In this document: positions 1-11,900 of the stretch, in pieces | Layout of the letters: each line of letters begins with the position of its first letter | How positions within the stretch are numbered: the stretch's first letter is position 1 | Assembly (NCBI GenBank): GCA_040954595.2 | Contig: CM082595.2 | Span: 2,775,943-2,839,942 of the forward strand | DNA: 64,000 nt | Source of the DNA: Balanoglossus misakiensis | Lineage: Eukaryota; Animalia; Hemichordata | Direction of reading: 5' to 3' | Notes under the pieces: generated by a model | Database searches by the model: none | Seen by the model: only the letters and a program-made list of their open reading frames with translations | What the model was told of the DNA's origin: nothing | Position numbers and translations under genes: made by a program

Positions 1-1950
1 GCCAGCAACCCTAATTAACCAATGGAATATCCCCAAATTTGCTAATTACATTCGTGATATTTGCATAATTTATTTAAATTTATAATTTGCTTGGTCTGAA
101 TCCAGCTCTCTGATTGGCTGGAGCTGGGGTGTTATTCAACTGTAGATAAAGTTTTGTTTGGTGCAGATAAGACCACAACTTGACATTGGTTGGTTGTGTT
201 GTCTACTACTTCACATCTGATACAGATTGAAGAAATATACAATTTCCCATGTGTACCTAATTAAACTGGGAATTAACTCAATTTTGAGAGAAACTTCGCA
301 GTACTACAATTTACCCACAATTTTCTTCAATTTTCTAAAAGCAAACATTATTCTAAAAGCATCTATATAATAAAAGTACATTTAGAGCCTCCTGTCATGG
401 CAACCACTGGACATATGGGAATACATCAATGGTTAAGAGATGATTTTCAATAACCAGTCAATGAATAAGTAATTATGTCTAGACAACATCAGCAACAGAT
501 GGATTAGGCGAATGACATCAGGGCACTACTTGCCATTATTATTTTCAAGCGGGTATAAATCTTTATGAGATTGTCTTACTTGTTTCAAGAAGCTCTGGTC
601 ATGTGTGAGCTTTAGTTTTGCATTTAATCTTTTTAGAAAAATTTACTGACTACATGTATTTCAGCTCATTCACACGGAAACCAATATTAGAGCACACAAA
701 TTCCTGAAGTGATAAATGATAATTATTAATATATGTGACTACAGATGAGTAAAATGGATTGACACACCCTAGTGAAACCCTTGCAAAAATGTTAATAAAT
801 ATATTATATTAACAGAATGTATACATACTGATTAACCAGCATTTTTTTCTTTCTCTGATACTGATATATCAAATAAGTGAAAATTACTCAGTAAATTCAT
901 TATTTGCATTATTGTGGACAAGAGCTCCACGTTATCTCAATGTAGAATATGAAGGACATTTAAAAATGGCTGCCAAATACCTACACTACCCCTTAAAGAA
1001 ACTCAGATTTATTTTAAAATATCCAGTAAATACCACTCATTCTGATGTGTTTGTAAATGTCTATTTGAGATACCAATATGTTAGAATGTGAAATAAGGTG
1101 GAATAATTTAATTGTTATCACTGAGTGACACTGTGCCTTGGTCACCTTTATGTTCATACAGTCCAGCAATTATATAGCTCATTATAGGTTATTATGTAAC
1201 AAATGCATTCCCCTAGTATTCAATCAAAAGCTAACCATTTCCAAAGCTTAATTTCATCACAAACATCATTTTGTGAACTAAATCACCAGCCGTTTCTATA
1301 AATATTTCAAGTGGGAGACAGAAAATCACTCACTGACAGCAATGGTTTTAGTTAGTACTGTACACATTATTTTTGGCTGAATGAAGCATTTTAATATACA
1401 GTTACTTGTCAAAAATGCTCAACTCATATGTGTGTCAATGTCCCAACCCCATAGTAGTTCCTGTGTCAGAGCATTTCATACAGGTAGCTGACCAGACTAT
1501 TTCTACACAGAGCTCATTTAAGCAAAGGAAAAAACCTGGCCTTTTAACCTCGTGCACACACAACCCCACTTCCTGTCTTTAGACATTACCCAGTACTGTA
1601 CATCATACACATGGTTTTGTCGTCCCAAACCCATGGTGATAGGAAACGTTTAAAGACAGTAAACATGTGAGGTTTGGCACACAACCCTCATCATAGTGAA
1701 ACCTATCGAGTCTTGTGTAATTACATTACTTTGGTCTGTGACTATGAGTCAGGATTGTAAGCTTCATCATTTACATTTTGTGTGAGGGGCGTTAGTGTTG
1801 TTGTCATTCACGAAGAAACGCATCGCACCTGCTGATCCTAACTCAACAGCGACAGTCAGAAATATTCCGAACGACAGCGATCAATTATATAGGCTATCAT
1901 ATTTAGAATAGTTTAATGTAATACGTGTACTACAAGTTGGCCCAACTCAC

Positions 1951-2300
1951 CGAAATCGTCGGCAGCCGGTAGACTTGTCTGAACACTCTTGAGTCGAGTT
2001 GAGCTGTCGAAGAACCAAGTGAGGTTGTAGTGTCGCCTATCTATGAATGAACCGTCGGTTTCTTTCTTGTACAGACCGATACTTTCTAATTTTCCTTATT
2101 CTGTGGATGATATGTTAATAATAAAAGTCTAGAATGACTACTTTGGCGTTCCTAAAAGAAGATTTGTGTTCAATTTTTAACTCCAAACTCGCTCGACTCC
2201 CTTCAAACTACACGCAAGTCGCCATATTGGGCGGTAGTGATGAAACCAACCAATCAAAACAAAGTGTTCATTTCTCTTCCTGTTTAGCAACGAGGGCGCT
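1951..2300 (-). promoter_or_regulatory. Probable promoter and non-coding first exon of an unidentified minus-strand gene running off the left edge
   Basis: CpG-rich patch (about 1800-2400) next to strongly CpG-depleted 1-1700. YY1-like AATATGGCG motif at about 2220-2228. About 270 nt free of ATG on the minus strand, ending in a consensus donor TCG|GTGAGT (GT at 1950-1949). Confidence 0.5.
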
Positions 2301-3295
2301 ATATATTACAATTTCAGACCTTTCGACCCCTGGATTGATTGCTGACTGGTTGTCAAGTTCCGCGTTTTCTTGTTATTTACCAGGTATAATAATACTGTGA
2401 GTAAACAGCATCGTTTAGTGTTCAACGCCGCATTCACATTATGTTCTCGCAGTCACCAGTGTATGTGAAATATCTTTCTTTCATAATAGGTCTGTTGTGT
2501 TCAATCATGAAGTTATCACATAGGCCTATGCATGTATTTATGAATCATGTTGAGGCATCAGATTATTTTGCGTTGTTTTGGGGCCAAGTTGACGATTAAA
2601 CCACGAGAGCAAGCGCAGTTTTTTTTATAAAGCGGCTCTTGTTAAGAGAGCCCTCTCGAACTCACTGCACCATAGCAAGTTCGGCAACATGAACGTAGAA
2701 TCAGAATGGGCATAGCGCTCTCTATAGTTGTAAAGTTTTCAGCCTCTTGTTGTTATTTCTCCCCGCACTGCGAGAGAGATGCCTTAGTATTCATCTTGAA
2801 ACACCCCGCCACGACGGTCTAGACATGTAATGTCTCATAACAATTCGACAGTAGTAACTTTTAAGATTGTTTATAGCTGAAAGACAGAGAGAGCCCGTTG
2901 AATAATACGCACTTACTCAATTGCCCCCTAGTGTGCCGCCCCCGTGGTGCGCGCAGTCTGTCAAAGCAAATAAGACAGTCGAGATTTTGGAGGCCGTCTA
3001 GCGCAGACTGCGGTTCAATGAAGCGTGAGCTGCAAAGTATACAAGTCTGCTGTGGCTGTTTGCCAGTTAGTGGGGAGAGCGGTCTCGCGGGACCCCACGT
3101 GAATCCCGTTTTGTCCTTGGCTTAACTAGGGCGTATTAACAATTTACCCCCGGGGGCCTATTTAGTATCGGAAACGATATAAGTACAAAAGCCCATCAAA
3201 ACAGATACGTCACTCAGTAATCAAACAGAGACACCCCCTGCTGAAGAGTTGCCATTGCAGACATGTATCTTTTTATAGATAGACTATACTGAAGT

Positions 3296-3467
<172 letters not shown>

Positions 3468-5022
3468 AATTTACAGATAGTGGACGAATTATACAACTTA
3501 AGATAATCACTTCAACATTGACTAACGAACAGACACCAAATAAAACAAAACTAAAGTGGCCTCAAGATTAGACCTGACAGACACAGGGTGATTTCAAATA
3601 GTTTACAATTTAGAAAGTAACATTTTGTAATGTCCCCCCGCTGGGTGAACACGGCAGAGCCGCGCAACCCTACCTCCCGGCCACCAACGAAGCTCGGCCA
3701 CGGGGGAAGGCGAAGTGTCAAGATGCATCAATCCATCGGTCAACTGCTAACGCCGCCCGGTAATTGTACACCCCTTGTCCGGAGTGGTTAAATTCTCGGC
3801 CGCATTTTAGTTTTGCCGGTGCTTCCGTAAGTCTCTTTTTTATGCGGTCTACTTAAAATTGGAAATTTTGTCATTTTCCTGATTTTTGTATATATTGTAA
3901 AACAACAAAAAGTAGAGAGAAAACAGAGTTCCCATCCTACTTTGTCAGTCAGGGTGGGTAAAGCACACCATCTCTCAATTCCAGGGTTATTCGTCCGAAG
4001 AGAACGGCCTACCGCAGTTGGGTGCTTGGCCAATACCCCCAAAATAACACGACTCAGACATGACGTCAGGGAGTTTGTTGGAAAGAACGTGATCAAATTT
4101 GCCAATTTTCAGACCGACTTCTCGTACCCTGACCTGGCTATTGTCAGCCAAGACAGACAGAACCTTAACCGAAGCGGGACGACAATTAAACGGCTGAACT
4201 TAAATCCCAAGGGACGAACCCCAAGCACTTTCACGGGAGGGCGCAGAGTTTAACGCCCGCAACAAATTTTACAATCATACATAAAAGTTGAGCGAAAACA
4301 GGTGATCAACAAGTTCCATGCCTCTTTCTCTCTCCAGTATTCGAAGATCAAATCACACTTTTATTGTACATTAAGGCTCGTAAAATATGTTCAAAAATCT
4401 GCCAATATATACGGGGAAAGTCCACAAGAAAGTCTTTGTGTTATGAAAATCTTGCCATGAAATCATTGACAAGTTTCTGTAAAATAAGCTTCAAACCTCC
4501 CAGACTGTAAAGTATGGGGAGACCAATCCCTTGACGAAACAGAACCTGCGTGTGTTTATATGTGCAGTGGGGGTGACCACTTACACCGGCGAAATTCAAC
4601 ACTGCGTGCACAGAACCGTCACCAGTTAAGAAAACAGACTGAGTATTTTTGCGTCGGTGTTAAATGGTTGTCCAGGACCTGGTTACCTGTGTTCAAATGA
4701 CCATTTCGTGTTCGAGCAAAGAGCGACAACCATCCATCACAGGTGTGACAGGTCTCAATGCGCTCTGGTCCGGGCAGACATGTCACGCAGGCGGAATTGT
4801 AAACAGTTGGAATTTACAGATTGTGTCATATAAACGATCAAGTTCTAGGTTCGTTGCAGTTCATTTAACTCGAGAACCGTGACGGGCGTTGACGACACCA
4901 AATCGTGTGTTGCACCGATTGAGCATCGAGGCGGACCGTTTATGCCATGGTCTGCTTACAAGTCTCGCTCAGGCTGAATTAAATAATGACGAGATATGTT
5001 TGAACTAGTACGTAATTTGAAT

Positions 5023-5029
5023 GTGGTGG

Positions 5030-5071
<42 letters not shown>

Positions 5072-5103
5072 CGACGACGACGACGACGACGACGATGATG
5101 GTG
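5023..5103. repeat. Compound trinucleotide microsatellite (GTG)n(ATG)n(ACG)n
   Basis: Directly visible; accounts for the poly-M/T, poly-S and poly-I/V pseudo-ORFs. Confidence 0.97.
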
Positions 5104-5922
5104 AGGAGGGGGAACGATACGAAAAAGGCTGGTGTGGTGCAAATAGACCGTGCGAAGAATTTAGCCAAAGCACGAAAGGTGAATCAATAAGCTCAGTTAC
5201 TCTGAGTTGAACAACCCAATTGTTGTGGACAAAAATCACACCTTTCTGCACAGTACGTCATGACTGAATTACAAGGTTCCGTGACTTCGCACCAAATTGC
5301 CAAATATCACACCAGCTACCGTCAAAGCAGCTGTGTAAAGATATAGCCAAGGATAAAACAACAAACAGGGAATTTTGTCTACTCCGCGTTTGAGTGGAGC
5401 ATTGCATTCGTCTGTACACGTATGCCTGTTTATTTTGAAACAACTTTTTCAACCCGAGCAAAGACGAAAATTCCATGATTGCTTATAGGAATGAGCAACG
5501 GCAGACAACAAATAAACTGTGGCAAAATATCTGCCTTTTGCGTCATTTCAAGACGTCATATGCATTGCAAGAAACCGCAATCGTTGCGATGAAATCAACT
5601 CAAGAAATACAATCATTGATACTGACGTCTGTGTCGGATAAATGGAACTTTCTTGGCGTGTTTGGTGTTTTTGGCACCTTGTCAACAAGCGGCAATGTCG
5701 TTTCATCCCTTGGACCACGGATTCATTAAATTAATTCAGACAAGAGTCGTATAGGTGACACTAATTTGGGTTCTAAGAAGAGCCGTCATCTACATTTGGT
5801 CAGTAAAGTGCATTCCACGATACTGTGCCGTTTTGCACCTTTTACGACACCACAGTCATGGCGCCGAGCTGATCACTATCACGTCATTACTTTGCAATTT
5901 GGCATAGGTGTGTGAAGTTGGT

Positions 5923-5973
5923 TTAGTTCCTGGTCCAGGTTCCTTATTCGCCAAAGCCTGAATAAGGAACTGG
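5923..5973. other. Stem-loop abutting the satellite array (possible Helitron/Helentron-type terminus)
   Basis: Perfect 11-bp inverted repeat GTTCCTTATTC (5939-5949) / GAATAAGGAAC (5960-5970) with a 10-nt loop; mini-palindrome CCTGG-T-CCAGG (5929-5939); CTAA on the minus strand 12 nt beyond the stem. Confidence 0.6.
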
Positions 5974-8900
5974 GAAATATTTTCATTTTTTGATGATTTT
6001 CATGAGCTATAACCCATGATTTTTGTGAAAAATGGCCAAATTGTGAAAATTCCCAAAGTTGAAATATTTTCATTTTTTGATGATTTTCATGAGCTATAAC
6101 CCATGATTTTTGTGAAAAATGGCCAAATTGTGAAAATTCCCAAAGTTGAAATATTTTCATTTTTTGATGATTTTCATGAGCTATAACCCATGATTTTTGT
6201 GAAAAATGGCCAAATTTTCAAAATTCCCAAAGTTGAAATATTTTCATTTTTTGATGATTTTCATGAGCTATAACCTAGTTGAAATATTTTCATTTTTTGA
6301 TGATTTTCATGAGCTGTAACCCATGATTTTTGTGAAAAATGGCCAAATTTTCAAAATTCCCAAAGTTGAAATATTTTCATTTTTTGATGATTTTCATGAG
6401 CTGTAACCCATGATTTTTGTGAAAAATGGCCAAATTTTCAAAATTCCCAAAGTTGAAATATTTTCATTTTTTGATGATTTTCATGAGCTGTAACCCATGA
6501 TTTTTGTGAAAAATGGCCAAATTTTCAAAATTCCCAAAGTTGAAATATTTTCATTTTTTGATGATTTTCATGAGCTGTAACCCATGATTTTTGTGAAAAA
6601 TGGCCAAATTTTCAAAATTCCCAAAGTTGAAATATTTTCATTTTTTGATGATTTTCATGAGCTGTAACCCATGATTTTTGTGAAAAATGGCCAAATTTTC
6701 AAAATTCCCAAAGTTGAAATATTTTCATTTTTTGATGATTTTCATGAGCTGTAACCCATGATTTTTGTGAAAAATGGCCAAATTTTCAAAATTCCCAAAG
6801 TTGAAATATTTTCATTTTTTGATGATTTTCATGAGCTGTAACCCATGATTTTTGTGAAAAATGGCCAAATTTTCAAAATTCCCAAAGTTGAAATATTTTC
6901 ATTTTTTGATGATTTTCATGAGCTGTAACCCATGATTTTTGTGAAAAATGGCCAAATTTTCAAAATTCCCAAAGTTGAAATATTTTCATTTTTTGATGAT
7001 TTTCATGAGCTATAACCCATGATTTTTGTGAAAAATGGCCAAATTTTCAAAATTCCCAAAGTTGAAATATTTTCATTTTTTGATGATTTTCATGAGCTAT
7101 AACCCATGATTTTTGTGAAAAATGGCCAAATTTTCAAAATTCCCAAAGTTGAAATATTTTCATTTTTTGATGATTTTCATGAGCTATAACCCATGATTTT
7201 TGTGAAAAATGGCCAAATTTTCAAAATTCCCAAAGTTGAAATATTTTCATTTTTTGATGATTTTCATGAGCTATAACCCATGATTTTTGTGAAAAATGGC
7301 CAAATTTTCAAAATTCCCAAAGTTGAAAAATTTTCATTTTTTGATGATTTTCATGAGCTATAACCCATGATTTTTGTGAAAAATGGCCAAATTTTCAAAA
7401 TTCCCAAAGTTGAAAAATTTTCATTTTTTGATGATTTTCATGAGCTATAACCCATGATTTTTGTGAAAAATGGCCAAATTTTCAAAATTCCCAAAGTTGA
7501 AAAATTTTCATTTTTTGATGATTTTCATGAGCTATAACCCATGATTTTTGTGAAAAATGGCCAAATTTTCAAAATTCCCAAAGTTGAAATATTTTCATTT
7601 TTTGATGATTTTCATGAGCTATAACCCATGATTTTTGTGAAAAATGGCCAAATTTTCAAAATTCCCAAAGTTGAAAAATTTTCATTTTTTGATGATTTTC
7701 ATGAGCTATAACCCATGATTTTTGTGAAAAATGGCCAAATTTTCAAAATTCCCAAAGTTGAAAAATTTTCATTTTTTGATGATTTTCATGAGCTATAACC
7801 CATGATTTTTGTGAAAAATGGCCAAATTTTCAAAATTCCCAAAGTTGAAAATTTTTCATTTTTTGATGATTTTCATGAGCTATAACCCATGATTTTTGTG
7901 AAAAATGGCCAAATTTTCAAAATTCCCACCAAGTTGAAATATTTTCATTTTTTGATGATTTTCATGAGCTATAACCCATGATTTTTGTGAAAAATGGCCA
8001 AATTTTCAAAATTCCCAAAGTTGAAATATTTTCATTTTTTGATGATTTTCATGAGCTATAACCCATGATTTTTGTGAAAAATGGCCAAATTTTCAAAATT
8101 CCCAAAGTTGAAATATTTTCATTTTTTGATGATTTTTGTGAAAAATGGCCAAATTTTCAAAATTCCCAAAGTTGAAATATTTTCATTTTTTGATGATTTT
8201 CATGAGCTGTAACCCATGATTTTTGTGAAAAATGGCCAAATTTTCAAAATTCCCAAAGTTGAAATATTTTCATTTTTTGATGATTTTCATGAGCTGTAAC
8301 CCATGATTTTTGTGAAAAATGGCCAAATTTTCAAAATTCCCAAAGTTGAAATATTTTCATTTTTTGATGATTTTCATGAGCTGTAACCCATGATTTTTGT
8401 GAAAAATGGCCAAATTTTCAAAATTCTCAAAGTTGAAATATTTTCATTTTTTGATGATTTTTGTGAAAAATGGCCAAATTTTCAAAATTCCCAAAGTTGA
8501 AATATTTTCATTTTTTGATGATTTTCATGAGCTATAACCCATGATTTTTGTGAAAAATGGCCAAATTTTCAAAATTCCCAAAGTTGAAAAATTTTCATTT
8601 TTTGATGATTTTCATGAGCTATAACCCATGATTTTTGTGAAAAATGGCAAAATTTTTAAAATTCCCAAAGTTGAAATATTTTCATTTTTTGATGATTTTC
8701 ATGAGCTATAACCCATGATTTTTGTGAAAAATGGCCAAATTTTCAAAATTCCCAAAGTTGAAATATTTTCATTTTTTGATGATTTTCATGAGCTATAACC
8801 CATGATTTTTGTGAAAAATGGCCAAATTTTCAAAATTCCCAAAGTTGAAAAATTTTCATTTTTTGATGATTTTCATGAGCTATAACCCATGATTTTTGTG

Positions 8901-11900
8901 AAAAATGGCCAAATTTTCAAAATTCCCAAAGTTGAAATATTTTCATTTTTTGATGATTTTCATGAGCTATAACCCATGATTTTTGTGAAAAATGGCCAAA
9001 TTTTCAAAATTCCCAAAGTTGAAAAATTTTCATTTTTTGATGATTTTCATGAGCTATAACCCATGATTTTTGTGAAAAATGGCCAAATTTTCAAAATTCC
9101 CAAAGTTGAAAATTTTTCATTTTTTGATGATTTTCATGAGCTATAACCCATGATTTTTGTGAAAAATGGCCAAATTTTCAAAATTCCCAAAGTTGAAAAA
9201 TTTTCATTTTTTGATGATTTTCATGAGCTATAACCCATGATTTTTGTGAAAAATGGCCAAATTTTCAAAATTCTCAAAGTTGAAATATTTTCATTTTTTG
9301 ATCATTTTTGTGAAAAATGGCCAAATTTTCAAAATTCCCAAAGTTGAAATATTTTCATTTTTTGATGATTTTCATGAGCTATAACCCATGATTTTTGTGA
9401 AAAATGGCCAAATTTTCAAAATTCCCAAAGTTGAAAAATTTTCATTTTTTGATGATTTTCATGAGCTATAACCCATGATTTTTGTGAAAAATGGCCAAAT
9501 TTTCAAAATTCCCAAAGTTGAAAAATTTTCATTTTTTGATGATTTTCATGAGCTATAACCCATGATTTTTGTGAAAAATGGCCAAATTTTCAAAATTCCC
9601 AAAGTTGAAATATTTTCATTTTTTGATGATTTTCATGAGCTATAACCCATGATTTTTGTGAAAAATGGCCAAATTTTCAAAATTCCCAAAGTTGAAATAT
9701 TTTCATTTTTTGATGATTTTCATGAGCTATAACCCATGATTTTTGTGAAAAATGGCCAAATTTTCAAAATTCCCAAAGTTGAAAAATTTTCATTTTTTGA
9801 TGATTTTCATGAGCTATAACCCATGATTTTTGTGAAAAATGGCCAAATTTTCAAAATTCCCAAAGTTGAAATATTTTCATTTTTTGATGATTTTCATGAG
9901 CTATAACCCATGATTTTTGTGAAAAATGGCCAAATTTTCAAAATTCCCAAAGATGAAATATTTTCATTTTTTGATGATTTTCATGAGCTATAACCCATGA
10001 TTTTTGTGAAAAATGGCCAAATTTTCAAAATTCCCAAAGTTGAAAATTTTTCATTTTTTGATGATTTTCATGAGCTATAACCCATGATTTTTGTGAAAAA
10101 TGGCCAAATTTTCAAAATTCCCAAAGTTGAAATATTTTCATTTTTTGATGATTTTCATGAGCTATAACCCATGATTTTTGTGAAAAATGGCCAAATTTTC
10201 AAAATTCTCAAAGTTGAAATATTTTCATTTTTTGATGATTTTTGTGAAAAATGGCCAAATTTTCAAAATTCCCAAAGTTGAAATATTTTCATTTTTTGAT
10301 GATTTTCATGAGCTATAACCCATGATTTTTGTGAAAAATGGCCAAATTTTCAAAATTCCCAAAGTTGAAAAATTTTCATTTTTTGATGATTTTCATGAGC
10401 TATAACCCATGATTTTTGTGAAAAATGGCCAAATTTTCAAAATTCCCAAAGTTGAAAAATTTTCATTTTTTGATGATTTTCATGAGCTATAACCCATGAT
10501 TTTTGTGAAAAATGGCCAAATTTTCAAAATTCCCAAAGTTGAAATATTTTCATTTTTTGATGATTTTCATGAGCTATAACCCATGATTTTTGTGAAAAAT
10601 GGCCAAATTTTCAAAATTCCCAAAGTTGAAAAATTTTCATTTTTTGATGATTTTCATGAGCTATAACCCATGATTTTTGTGAAAAATGGCCAAATTTTCA
10701 AAATTCTCAAAGTTGAAATATTTTCATTTTTTGAAGATTTTTGTGAAAAATGGCCAAATTTTCAAAATTCCCAAAGTTGAAATATTTTCATTTTTTGATG
10801 ATTTTCATGAGCTATAACCCATGATTTTTGTGAAAAATGGCCAAATTTTCAAAATTCCCAAAGTTGAAAAATTTTCATTTTTTGATGATTTTCATGAGCT
10901 ATAACCCATGATTTTTGTGAAAAATGGCCAAATTTTTAAAATTCCCAAAGTTGAAATATTTTCATTTTTTGATGATTTTCATGAGCTATAACCCATGATT
11001 TTTGTGAAAAATGGCCAAATTTTCAAAATTCCCAAAGTTGAAATATTTTCATTTTTTGATGATTTTCATGAGCTATAACCCATGATTTTTGTGAAAAATG
11101 GCCAAATTTTCAAAATTCCCAAAGTTGAAAAATTTTCATTTTTTGATGATTTTCATGAGCTATAACCCATGATTTTTGTGAAAAATGGCCAAATTTTCAA
11201 AATTCCCAAAGTTGAAAAATTTTCATTTTTTGATGATTTTCATGAGCTATAACCCATGATTTTTGTGAAAAATGGCCAAATTTTCAAAATTCCCAAAGTT
11301 GAAAATTTTTCATTTTTTGATGATTTTCATGAGCTATAACCCATGATTTTTGTGAAAAATGGCCAAATTTTCAAAATTCCCAAAGTTGAAATATTTTCAT
11401 TTTTTGATGATTTTCATGAGCTATAACCCATGATTTTTGTGAAAAATGGCCAAATTTTCAAAATTCCCAAAGTTGAACTATTTTCATTTTTTGATGATTT
11501 TCATGAGCTATAACCCATGATTTTTGTGAAAAATGGCCAAATTTTCAAAATTCCCAAAGTTGAAAAATTTTCATTTTTTGATGATTTTCATGAGCTATAA
11601 CCCATGATTTTTGTGAAAAATGGCCAAATTTTCAAAATTCTCAAAGTTGAAATATTTTCATTTTTTGATCATTTTTGTGAAAAATGGCCAAATTTTCAAA
11701 ATTCCCAAAGTTTAAATATTTTCATTTTTTGATGATTTTCATGAGCTATAACCCATGATTTTTGTGAAAAATGGCCAAATTTTCAAAATTCCCAAAGTTG
11801 AAAAATTTTCATTTTTTGATGATTTTCATGAGCTATAACCCATGATTTTTGTGAAAAATGGCTAAATTTTCAAAATTTCCAAAGTTGAAAAATTTTCATT

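Noticed and set aside
1951-2095. Open minus-strand frame (LYKKETDGSFIDRRHYNLTWFF...) ending at the donor
   Set aside because: There is an in-frame TAA just upstream and no ATG, so it is better explained as 5' UTR.
2633-2653. GGCTCT-TGTTAAG-AGAGCC resembling a histone mRNA stem-loop
   Set aside because: The loop is 7 nt rather than 4, and there is no histone CDS nearby.
3631-3790. Possible HDV-like ribozyme (GCC-TTCCCCCGT-GGC on the minus strand, GGCGAA on the plus strand)
   Set aside because: I could not build consistent P1, P1.1, P2 and J4/2 elements on either strand.
4956-5251. Poly-Met/Thr, poly-Ser and poly-Ile/Val ORFs
   Set aside because: These are translations of the compound trinucleotide microsatellite.
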